DNA of 16,768 nucleotides from Armatimonadota bacterium (lineage in GTDB: Bacteria; Armatimonadota; Armatimonadia; Armatimonadales; Armatimonadaceae): positions 1-16,768 of the forward strand of contig JAYUUO010000047.1 of the NCBI GenBank assembly GCA_043754515.1. The letters run 5' to 3'. Of the stretch, positions 7,555 through 15,281 are shown piece after piece. A program made the translations under genes and the position numbers. Each line of letters begins with the position of its first letter. Within the stretch, counting starts at the first letter, position 1. Below the pieces are notes generated by a model. That model did not search any database, was not told the origin of the DNA, and saw nothing but the letters and a program-made list of their open reading frames with translations.

Positions 7555-7983
7555 ATGGGCATCACATATACGCCACTGGTTCTCTCCGACCTGGTTTATG
7601 CTGACGACATGTCACCCGGCGTGGCCATGAGGTTGCTAGACGGAATTCGAATCGCGCATGGCAATCTGCCTGGTGACATCGCCGGGGGACGGATGCCGAC
7701 CCTGGATGAGCTTTTACACGCGCTGAGGGAGATGAAAGGCGTGCGATTCATAAGCGATCCTGACGATGGCGGTTCGCATGTACGCCTAGAAGATGTACAA
7801 GATCCAAATAAGTCTGTTCGTGTGGACGTAGACGGCGCATTGAATAATCAGGTAAACGGGTCTATCAACTTCTCCTTCCATCGGGGCGACTTCGAGATGA
7901 TCGTGCGACTGATGAAATCATTGAGCTACGTGTGTGGGGATTTCGCCATATTTGATGGCTTCGCGATCTTCCTCCTCCAATAA
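7555..7983 (+). CDS. Hypothetical protein (142 aa)
   Basis: AAGGA SD before ATG 7555 (MGITYTPLVL...); globular composition; no recognised motif. Confidence 0.6.
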   Translation: MGITYTPLVLSDLVYADDMSPGVAMRLLDGIRIAHGNLPGDIAGGRMPTLDELLHALREMKGVRFISDPDDGGSHVRLEDVQDPNKSVRVDVDGALNNQVNGSINFSFHRGDFEMIVRLMKSLSYVCGDFAIFDGFAIFLLQ

Positions 7984-8092
7984 CATCCTCTTAAAGGCAC
8001 CACTGCATTTTGTTCGATGCGCGGTCGGCTGTGATTCTTCATAATCTCACCCCGGCAAGTGGTCGCGTCTCCCGCCACAGACTGGCGAATTT

Positions 8093-8135
8093 CCCCCTCT
8101 CTCAAGGATTGAGGGAGGGGGCCAGGGGGTGGGAG
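8093..8135. repeat. Palindromic REP-like element of the CCCCCTCTC...GAGGGGG-CCAGGGGGTGGG type
   Basis: 13-bp stem ccccctctctcaa (8093-8105) / ttgagggaggggg (8109-8121) followed by a G-rich tail. Confidence 0.6.
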
Positions 8136-8178
8136 TCCGAACTAGCTCCACCGACCGACCGACCGAACCGCGCGTCGT

Positions 8179-8207
8179 TTGACACGGCGCGTTTCCCATG
8201 ATATATT
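8179..8207 (+). promoter_or_regulatory. Sigma70 promoter of the rplU operon
   Basis: TTGACA (8179-8184), 17-bp spacer, extended -10 TG-A-TATATT (8199-8207). Confidence 0.85.
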
Positions 8208-8214
8208 CTACGCC

Positions 8215-8268
8215 GTTGTCTGGTTAGCGGGACACACAAATTATCGGGCGGGCGTTTCCCGCGACAAC
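8215..8268 (+). promoter_or_regulatory. Candidate structured 5' leader of rplU
   Basis: GTTGTC (8215-20) pairs with GACAAC (8263-68); GCGGGA (8227-32) pairs with TCCCGC (8257-62); 6-nt bulge. Confidence 0.5.
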
Positions 8269-8295
8269 CCTCCGCGAAAGAAGTTTAAGCACACC

Positions 8296-8604
8296 ATGTA
8301 CGCGATTATACGAACGGGCGGCAAGCAGTACCGCGTTCAAGAGAACGAAACGATCATCGTCGAAAAACTCGCCGGTGAGACGGGCGAAACGATCACGATT
8401 GACGACGTTCTCTTCCTCGGCGGCGAGACGACCAAGGTCGGTTCCCCGACGGTTCCCGGCGCGAGTATCGCCGCGACCATAGTACGGCAGGGCAAAGGGC
8501 CTAAGATCCACGGCTACACGTATGTCAAGGTCAAGGGCGAACAGCGACACTACGGGCACCGGCAGGAGCAGACCACGCTTCGCATTGATCGGATCGCGGC
8601 GTAA
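8296..8604 (+). CDS. rplU: 50S ribosomal protein L21
   Basis: MYAIIRTGGKQYRV...GHRQ-x2-T-x-LRI; 102 aa. Confidence 0.97.
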   Translation: MYAIIRTGGKQYRVQENETIIVEKLAGETGETITIDDVLFLGGETTKVGSPTVPGASIAATIVRQGKGPKIHGYTYVKVKGEQRHYGHRQEQTTLRIDRIAA

Positions 8605-8633
8605 CACACGGTTTTCAGGAAGCGAGATAAAAA

Positions 8634-8972
8634 ATGGCACATAAAAAAGGCGTCGGTTCGTCGCGCAACGGTCGCGACTCGAACCCTAAAATGCTCGGCG
8701 TGAAGGAATACGCGGGCGAATATGTCACCGCAGGCTCGATCATCGTGCGACAGCGCGGCTCCGAGTTCGACCCCGGCTCAAACGTCGGCATGGGGCGCGA
8801 CTACACGCTCTTCTCGAAGATTGACGGCTACGTCAAGTTCGAGGGTTTCAAGAAAAACCGCCGCGTCTCGGTGTACGTGAACAGCCCGTACGCGACGACC
8901 GCGAAGCTGGCTACCGAGCCGATCGCGACCGTAATTACCGAGCCGACAACGACCGGGGCTGTCGCGGCGTAA
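8634..8972 (+). CDS. rpmA: 50S ribosomal protein L27 with C-terminal extension
   Basis: [16 protein letters not shown]...IIVRQRG...GMGRDYTLF. Confidence 0.97.
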   Translation: MAHKKGVGSSRNGRDSNPKMLGVKEYAGEYVTAGSIIVRQRGSEFDPGSNVGMGRDYTLFSKIDGYVKFEGFKKNRRVSVYVNSPYATTAKLATEPIATVITEPTTTGAVAA

Positions 8973-9001
8973 GGCTAATCAGTCTTATCGGTTGATTCAC
9001 A

Positions 9002-9039
9002 GCGACCCGAGCCGTGTCAGCGGCTCGGGTCGTCTTTTT
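9002..9039 (+). terminator. Intrinsic terminator/attenuator between rpmA and obgE
   Basis: 12-bp perfect stem cgacccgagccg/cggctcgggtcg, 6-nt loop, followed by tcttttt. Confidence 0.8.
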
Positions 9040-9052
9040 GGGGGGATCCATA

Positions 9053-10411
9053 ATGTCTATATTTATTGATGAGGTTGAGGTGTTTTTCAAGGCCGGCGAC
9101 GGCGGCAACGGCGCGACCACATTCCGACGCGAGAAGCACGTCCCCCGGGGCGGCCCGGACGGCGGCGACGGCGGACGCGGGGGGTCTTTCTTTGTCGAGA
9201 CCAGTCTGCACCTTTCCACGCTCCTCGAGTTCCGACCCGGTAAACTCTATAAAGCGGACCGGGGCGGTGACGGATTGGGCAAGAAGCAGTCCGGCAAGAA
9301 CGGCGTTGACCTGATTCTCAAGGTACCGGTCGGGACGCAGATCAAGAACGCGGAGACAGGACACCTGATCGCGGACCTGATCCGTTTCCCCCAGCGCGAA
9401 CTGATCGCGGCGGGCGGGCACGGCGGGCGCGGCAACCAGCACTTCGTTTCCTCCATCCAGCAGGCACCCCACTTCGCGGAGAAGGGCGAGCCGGGTGACG
9501 AGTTGAAGGTGACTATGGAACTCAAACTGCTCGCGGACGTGGGGCTACTCGGCTTCCCGAACGTCGGCAAGTCCACGTTGCTTTCCCGCGTCTCCGCCGC
9601 CAAGCCGAAGATAGCGGACTACCCGTTCACGACGCTGGTTCCCAACCTGGGCGTCGTGCGTGTGGACGAATCGAACAACTTCGTGATGGCCGACGTGCCG
9701 GGGCTGATTGAGGGCGCGAGCGAGGGCGCGGGCATCGGCATCCGCTTCCTGAAGCATCTGGAGCGGACGCGGCTTCTGGTACACCTGGTGGATATTTCGG
9801 GCATGACCGGGCGCGAGCCGCTCGACGACTACCGGATCATCAACAACGAACTGAAAGAGTGGAGCGCGGAACTCGCCGCCCTGCCGCAGATTATCGCGCT
9901 GTCGCGCACCGACATCATCACCGAGGACGGCGTTGTCGAGCGGTACAAGGCGCATTTCGAGGCGTTGGGCTTTACCGTGTTCCCCATCTCATCGGTGTCC
10001 GGCGAGAACATCACGCCGCTGGTCTGGCACATCCACAAGATGCTCCAGGAGATCCCGCGCGACAAGTCCGGCACGTCGGAGAGCGGGATCCCACAGGGCA
10101 TCGTCTATATCACGCCGCAGGCGCAACCGGTTGACGACGATCCGAAGCACTTCAAGATCCACCGGGACGACGCCGGGGTGCTGGTGGTTTCCGGCAAGGG
10201 GTTGGAGCGCATTATCGCGATGACGGAGATGGACAACGAGATCGCGGTCCGGCGGCTACAACGGCGGCTGGAGCGACTCGGGGTGTTCAACAAGCTGAAG
10301 GCGGCGGGCGCGGCGGAAGGCGACTCGGTGCGCATCCGCGACGTCGAGTTCGACTACATTGACGACGACATCCCGGAGACGGCGGAAGCGGCGGAAGCGG
10401 CGGAGGAATGA
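9053..10411 (+). CDS. obgE: GTPase ObgE/CgtA with C-terminal OCT (DUF1967-type) domain
   Basis: FIDEV...AGDGGNG, FRREKHVPRGGPDGGDGG, GFPNVGKST, YPFTTL, DVPGLIEGA, C-terminal GAAEGDSVRI-x3-EFDY; start ATG 9053. Confidence 0.97.
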   Translation: MSIFIDEVEVFFKAGDGGNGATTFRREKHVPRGGPDGGDGGRGGSFFVETSLHLSTLLEFRPGKLYKADRGGDGLGKKQSGKNGVDLILKVPVGTQIKNAETGHLIADLIRFPQRELIAAGGHGGRGNQHFVSSIQQAPHFAEKGEPGDELKVTMELKLLADVGLLGFPNVGKSTLLSRVSAAKPKIADYPFTTLVPNLGVVRVDESNNFVMADVPGLIEGASEGAGIGIRFLKHLERTRLLVHLVDISGMTGREPLDDYRIINNELKEWSAELAALPQIIALSRTDIITEDGVVERYKAHFEALGFTVFPISSVSGENITPLVWHIHKMLQEIPRDKSGTSESGIPQGIVYITPQAQPVDDDPKHFKIHRDDAGVLVVSGKGLERIIAMTEMDNEIAVRRLQRRLERLGVFNKLKAAGAAEGDSVRIRDVEFDYIDDDIPETAEAAEAAEE

Positions 10412-10998
10412 TCGTCCGCGCCGCCCGCGAGGGTGATTTACCCGCGCTCGCCGCGTTGCAGGACGCGAACCTGCTCACGAACATCGCGCCGGAGGTACAA
10501 AGCGAGCAGGGGTTCGTGACAACGCCTTACGCGCCGGATACGATGCGCCTGTTTATCGCGCGAAGCGGCGCGTTCGTCGCCGAGCAGGACGGCGAAGTAG
10601 TCGGTTACGCGTTCGCTGGCGCGTGGCATTTATACGACACCTGGCCGATCTTCCCGTACATGGTGTCGCGCCTCGCCGAACTGCCGCCGTTTGCGGGCGT
10701 GCCGGTCATCGCGGAAAACTCGTTCCAGTACGGGCCGGTCTGCGTCGCGGAACCCACGCGGGGGCGGGGGGTGCCCGCCGCGCTGTTCGCGCATGTGCGC
10801 GCGTCGTACGCGCCGCGCTTCCCGCTCGGCGTGACATTCATCAACAAGCGCAACACGCGCTCACTCGCCGCGCACCAGCGTAAACTGGGCTTCGCGGTGA
10901 TTGACGAGTGGAGCTACGGCGCGGAATCGTTCTACTCGCTGGCCTTCCTGACCCGTGACACGAGCGATACAATATCAGCGAACGAATCAATTTTATGA
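10408..10998 (+). CDS. GNAT-family N-acetyltransferase
   Basis: VRAAREGDL, FVAEQDGEVVGY, acetyl-CoA motif CVAEPTRGRGV, N-x-RS-x2-AH-x2-KLGF. Confidence 0.85.
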   Translation: MIVRAAREGDLPALAALQDANLLTNIAPEVQSEQGFVTTPYAPDTMRLFIARSGAFVAEQDGEVVGYAFAGAWHLYDTWPIFPYMVSRLAELPPFAGVPVIAENSFQYGPVCVAEPTRGRGVPAALFAHVRASYAPRFPLGVTFINKRNTRSLAAHQRKLGFAVIDEWSYGAESFYSLAFLTRDTSDTISANESIL

Positions 10999-11588
10999 CC
11001 GAGACGACAACCGCTACTGTTTCATTCCCCATCCGTTTCACGGACGCGCCGCCCGCCATGCGCCGCTCGGTTCGCGAGACCGCCCTGCGCGTGCTGTATG
11101 CGCTGGACGCGGGCAAACGCTCGCAGGAGCAGGAGGACGTGCTGAAAGACTCTGCCGACGCCTCCGACCTTGATGATCGCGGGCGTGGTTATCTAACGCA
11201 ACTGGTCGCCGGGACGGTGGCGAACCGCGCCGCCATTGACGCCGCGCTGGACAAGTACGCGACCGACTTCCCGACGCACCGGCAAGCCGTGGTGGACCGC
11301 AACATCCTGCGGCTGGCGACCGCCGAGATCCTGTTCAACGTGTCGGACGCGCCGCCGGGCGCGGTCGTGAACGAGGCGGTGGAGCTTGCGAAGAAGTACA
11401 GCACGAAGGACTCCGGTCGGTTCGTGAACGGCGTGCTCGGCGCGCTAGTGCGGGCGCAGGACGCGACATTCGTCCCCGAACCCACGGAGCTGGACATGGA
11501 CGAGATTCTGCCGCCGCTCCCGCAACGCTATTGGGGTGAGAAGCCGCCCGCCGACGCTATTTCCCCGGAGGATGAACCCCATGCCTGA
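10995..11588 (+). CDS. nusB: Transcription antitermination factor NusB
   Basis: RR-x2-RE-x-AL-x2-LY, VDRNILRLA, VVNEAVELAKKYS, S-x2-FVNGVLG. Confidence 0.95.
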   Translation: MTETTTATVSFPIRFTDAPPAMRRSVRETALRVLYALDAGKRSQEQEDVLKDSADASDLDDRGRGYLTQLVAGTVANRAAIDAALDKYATDFPTHRQAVVDRNILRLATAEILFNVSDAPPGAVVNEAVELAKKYSTKDSGRFVNGVLGALVRAQDATFVPEPTELDMDEILPPLPQRYWGEKPPADAISPEDEPHA

Positions 11589-12447
11589 CCCGATTTTGCT
11601 GGACGGGACCGCGACCGCGCAGGCGATACGCGCCGAGGTCGCCACCCGCGTCTCGCGCTTGAAGACCGAGTTCGGCATCACCGTCGGGCTTGCCGCGGTG
11701 CTGGCGGGCGAGAACCCGGCGAGCGTGACGTACGTGAAGATGAAACGCAGGGCGTGCGAAAAGGCGGGGATCTACAGCCGCGCCGTGGAGTTCGGCGCGG
11801 ACGCTACCGAGGAGCGGATCTTCGACGCCGTGCGCGAGTTGAACACCGACCCCGCAATCCACGGCATTTTAGTCCAGCACCCGCTCCCGAAGGGCATGGA
11901 CGAGTACCGCATTCTAGCAGAAGTGTCGCCCGACAAAGACGTGGACGGCATCGGGCGCGGGTCGCTCGGCGATCTGGTGAAGGGCGACGCGCGGTTCGTG
12001 GCGTGTACCCCGGCGGGCATGGTGGAACTGATGGATCGCTATAATCTGCCTATCGCGGGGAAGCACGCGGTCGTGATCGGCCGCTCGGTGATCCTCGGCA
12101 AGCCGCTCGCGCTCCTGTTGCTGAACCGCAACGCGACGGTGACGGTATGCCACTCGCGCACGGAAGACCTGGCGAAGTACATCAAGGACGCCGACATCGT
12201 GTGCGCGTGCGTCGGCAAAGCGGAGTTCATCACCGGCGACATGCTCAAGCCCGGCGCGGTGGTGCTGGACGCGGGCTACAACCGCGTGGCAGGGCGCACG
12301 CACGACGTCGGCGACTGCGAGTACGAATCGTGCGCCCGCGTCGCGTCCGCGATCACGCCGGTTCCCGGCGGGGTCGGGCCAATGACGATAGCGACGCTCC
12401 TCGCAAACACAGTGAAGGCGGCTGAGCGGAGCGTCGGCATCGGCTAA
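11581..12447 (+). CDS. folD: Bifunctional methylenetetrahydrofolate dehydrogenase/cyclohydrolase
   Basis: ILLDG, AS-x2-YV-x2-K, HGILVQHPLP, KDVDG, CTPAG, VIGRS-x2-LGKP, ITPVPGGVGPMT; ATG 11581 overlaps the nusB end. Confidence 0.97.
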   Translation: MPDPILLDGTATAQAIRAEVATRVSRLKTEFGITVGLAAVLAGENPASVTYVKMKRRACEKAGIYSRAVEFGADATEERIFDAVRELNTDPAIHGILVQHPLPKGMDEYRILAEVSPDKDVDGIGRGSLGDLVKGDARFVACTPAGMVELMDRYNLPIAGKHAVVIGRSVILGKPLALLLLNRNATVTVCHSRTEDLAKYIKDADIVCACVGKAEFITGDMLKPGAVVLDAGYNRVAGRTHDVGDCEYESCARVASAITPVPGGVGPMTIATLLANTVKAAERSVGIG

Positions 12448-12571
12448 ACCAGCGATCCGGGTCACACAACTGCCTCCGCTCCCTACAACAACCGGGTCTT
12501 CCGCCGATAGCGGCAGAACGACGGGAGCAGTCCGAGTCCCAAATAATATGTTTACTTCTTAATTACCTGGA

Positions 12572-12922
12572 CTACCGCCACTCACTATGAAAGTCGCACG
12601 TTATCAATCTCGCCTCATCGTTAAAGTAGAGAGTAGCGAAGCAGTACTCAGACTTCAGAAAGCCGTTGGTTCCGGACACAGACCCCAGCGAGACTTCAAC
12701 TTTGAAGTCGCCGAATCCCTCCAGCGGTAGATACTCCTTAAACAGTGCTCTCGTGGTGATGACGACATGCGTCGAGGGCGGAATGTGTAACATCTCTTCA
12801 TCGACTTCAACATCATACATGCCGTCCACTAAAGCAGTTCTAAGCACTCCATGTAGGGAGTCGAGAATCAGTTCGTCCGGCACCAACTCCTCCAACAATA
12901 TAGCGAGATCATTGTAACCCAT
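12572..12922 (-). CDS. Acidic hypothetical protein, probable orphan immunity protein
   Basis: 116 aa; its ATG overlaps the TGA of an upstream toxin-like fragment (TGATG at 12924-12920); lies in the Rhs locus. Confidence 0.65.
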   Translation of the reverse strand: MGYNDLAILLEELVPDELILDSLHGVLRTALVDGMYDVEVDEEMLHIPPSTHVVITTRALFKEYLPLEGFGDFKVEVSLGSVSGTNGFLKSEYCFATLYFNDEARLITCDFHSEWR

Positions 12923-13011
12923 CAGTGTAGCCCTTCCGGTTCGAACTTAGTTAACTCAATAATTCTTTCCCCCCTCCAAAGTGCCTGCTTGCCAAATATT
13001 CGTGACTTACT
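12922..13011 (-). pseudogene. Remnant C-terminal tip of a polymorphic toxin (SKSRIFGKQALWRGERIIELTKFEPEGLH*)
   Basis: 29 codons with no plausible start; in-frame TGA at 13014-13012 upstream; stop overlaps the next gene's start; RIFG...GLH ending resembles toxin-nuclease tails as I recall them. Confidence 0.5.
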
Positions 13012-13033
13012 TCAGCGACCCTGCCCGCGCACA

Positions 13034-13066
13034 CGGTGAAGGCGGCAGAGCGGGCCGCCTTCACCG
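13034..13066. repeat. Perfect 13-bp GC-rich inverted repeat, 7-nt loop
   Basis: cggtgaaggcggc agagcgg gccgccttcaccg. Confidence 0.85.
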
Positions 13067-13317
13067 GGTATTTCCTCCACGGGCACGGCGATCATCTCAT
13101 TGGCTATGTGGGCGGGCGACTTTCTTAGCGGAGACACATTCTCTGGTGCCACTCCCGCAACGCTGAATGCCTTTTAATTATGTGCCTACGACGGCGTTCA
13201 TCCCGCAGTGGCAACTCGTCTGATAAGTCGTTGGGAACTGCTATAGGAGAGAAGTATACAGATTCGCTACATCGGTTTCTGAGTAGTGAGGGACCAATGA
13301 CTTTCAAGGTAAGAGCA

Positions 13318-13815
13318 TCAATCCTCGGAAACATGCAGATCTTGAATATCCATGGAGACTTTCTTGAACCGAATGGCCATTTCGCCTCCCGCAACGAATG
13401 CGAAGCGGAACTCGAACAATCCGTGGCTGAGTATCTCAACTTCGGTGTTCGTGACCTCTAACACTCCCGTGGCACTGATTAGCCTACTTCTCCCCAAGTC
13501 ATCCGCGAACGATAGTTCCGACACCCCGGAATATGTCAGGCGATACACTTGCTCCGCACGGCTATGAATATTCTCCCCGATGACTTGTAGTTCCACGGTC
13601 GCGTCCGCAATATGTGCGGACACACTATCTATTGAATAATCACCAAAGTTGACCTTATTCGCTAGATGAAATAATTCGGGATCCAAGGAAGATTCGACAG
13701 ACCGTATGTATTCGGCATAGGCATTGATTTGCTGGATGATGATGCTATTTTCTGCCTTCCCCCGCTCCTTAGAATCAGTGATGTTGCTAACGTCATATTT
13801 TTTGAAGTACTTCAT
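13318..13815 (-). CDS. Putative immunity protein, paralog of the N-terminal domain of 13906-14979
   Basis: MKYF...VNFGD...TV-x3-V-x-GE...EQ-x-Y-x-L-x2-SGV...SAT-x3-EV-x-N-x-EVE...FEFRF-x-F-x4-EM-x-IRFK shared with the neighbour. Confidence 0.75.
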   Translation of the reverse strand: MKYFKKYDVSNITDSKERGKAENSIIIQQINAYAEYIRSVESSLDPELFHLANKVNFGDYSIDSVSAHIADATVELQVIGENIHSRAEQVYRLTYSGVSELSFADDLGRSRLISATGVLEVTNTEVEILSHGLFEFRFAFVAGGEMAIRFKKVSMDIQDLHVSED

Positions 13816-13905
13816 ACTCGCAATCTATCTGATTATGTAGGTGCATAAGAGAGATAGCACTTGACACATTTGTTTAACGTGACTCTGATACAGGCTAATT
13901 CTTTC

Positions 13906-14979
13906 CTACATTGCCCCGAAGAGTGGGCCATTCAAATGTAAATTCTGAGTTGACAATGCAGAAAGTATCCTCTTGTTCAAAATGCTATTTCGGTTTCGTA
14001 TGGCTTTAGAAATGAATTTGTAAACGTGTTTTGCTTCATCTATTTTGTTTGTGCTTGCTAGCGCGAGCGTATACCAAAGACGCACTTCACCACTCACCGC
14101 CTGCACAGGCTCCGTACATAATTGGACAAGCATCGGCCAATCTTCCATCGCTCCAAGGACGCGCACATAATAAAGTAATGCGCCAGGATGGTTAGGGTTC
14201 TCTGTTGTTATCTTTTTGAGGAAGAAGAGTGCATCTGCATAGTTTTGGGTAGAGTACTTCAATTTCGCTAACGCAAATTGAGAGGGGATGTGGTCTGCAT
14301 CTATTTCTAACGCAAGCAAAAATTGCGTAAGAGCGGAATTATAGTCATCAATAGTTAAAGCCAGATTTCCTAGGCGATAATGCGAAGAAGCATGTCCTCC
14401 TAGGAGTTTCGTAGCTAAAGGTAGCATAGCTCGAACCTCCGACAGGTTGCCGATACGTGCATCTTCTTCTGCTTTTGAAACCATCTCCTCGAAAAGAATA
14501 TTCGTTCCGTTGCCGGTTTCAATATCAGATGTGATTTCGTAGCCAAAATATTTGAAACGTATCCTCATTTCTACTTGGCTATGAAAAACAAATCTAAACT
14601 CAAAATCGTCGGAATTTATTACTTCGACTTCGTGATTGGCAACCTCGAAAGCTGCGGTGGCCGATAATAACGGATTTTGCACTTGTAGTGGGTTAACAAT
14701 ATCAAAGTATGTAACGCCCGAGAAATCTAAAGTGTAGGTCTGTTCCGGGCTACGCATGGAAGTTTCCCCATTCACTTTAACAGTCACAGTGGATCGAGAC
14801 AAATCAGCGTTTAATTCATGTACATCGTGATCACCAAAGTTGACGTGTTGTGCTACATGCCACAGATTTTCAGGCATCTTCTCACGTACTACATCAAGAT
14901 ATGAGTAATAATCGTTCCGTCGTCTCGCAATCTCTGCATTATTATCCTGGTCGTTTGAGGATATGCCGAAATACTTCAT
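13906..14979 (-). CDS. Putative immunity-type domain fused to TPR repeats
   Basis: Start MKYF at 14979 chosen by alignment to the paralog (alternative ATG 14991); C-terminal TPR patterns HYRLGNLA...A-x3-F-x2-AL-x-ID and LA-x7-NY-x2-A-x2-FL-x6-NP-x-H. Confidence 0.8.
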   Translation of the reverse strand: MKYFGISSNDQDNNAEIARRRNDYYSYLDVVREKMPENLWHVAQHVNFGDHDVHELNADLSRSTVTVKVNGETSMRSPEQTYTLDFSGVTYFDIVNPLQVQNPLLSATAAFEVANHEVEVINSDDFEFRFVFHSQVEMRIRFKYFGYEITSDIETGNGTNILFEEMVSKAEEDARIGNLSEVRAMLPLATKLLGGHASSHYRLGNLALTIDDYNSALTQFLLALEIDADHIPSQFALAKLKYSTQNYADALFFLKKITTENPNHPGALLYYVRVLGAMEDWPMLVQLCTEPVQAVSGEVRLWYTLALASTNKIDEAKHVYKFISKAIRNRNSILNKRILSALSTQNLHLNGPLFGAM

Positions 14980-15133
14980 GTGTGTTGACATTTTGAACAG
15001 ATCCTTGACAAGGCGCAATCGAATTACAACCGGTCGATTGTTACCGGAATCGGCTTTAGAGATATTTACCTAAGTATTTTTAGACAAGAAGTTGTGAGAA
15101 ATGCATATCGGCGTTCCCCTATTTTTCTGACTA

Positions 15134-15168
15134 TGTCAGAGAGACGAGAGCATCTCGTCTCTCTGACA
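15134..15168. repeat. Perfect 16-bp inverted repeat with a 3-nt loop
   Basis: tgtcagagagacgaga gca tctcgtctctctgaca. Confidence 0.9.
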
Positions 15169-15281
15169 ATTCAGTATCAGGCACTGCTTGTAGACAAATC
15201 AGAACAAAGTCGCACAATCGGAACCAACTTTGTCAGACTGAACTGGACGTTGTTTTGTGCAATGTTTAAATAACTTGTCTA

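Noticed and set aside
12472..12531. Terminator or ncRNA after folD
   Set aside because: Only imperfect stems (ttccgccg/cggcagaa; gctccc/gggagc) without a clear U-tract; not enough to call
13125..13461. ORFs 13125..13439(-) and 13180..13461(+)
   Set aside because: They overlap the better supported 13318-13815 gene and show no motif or Rhs remnant
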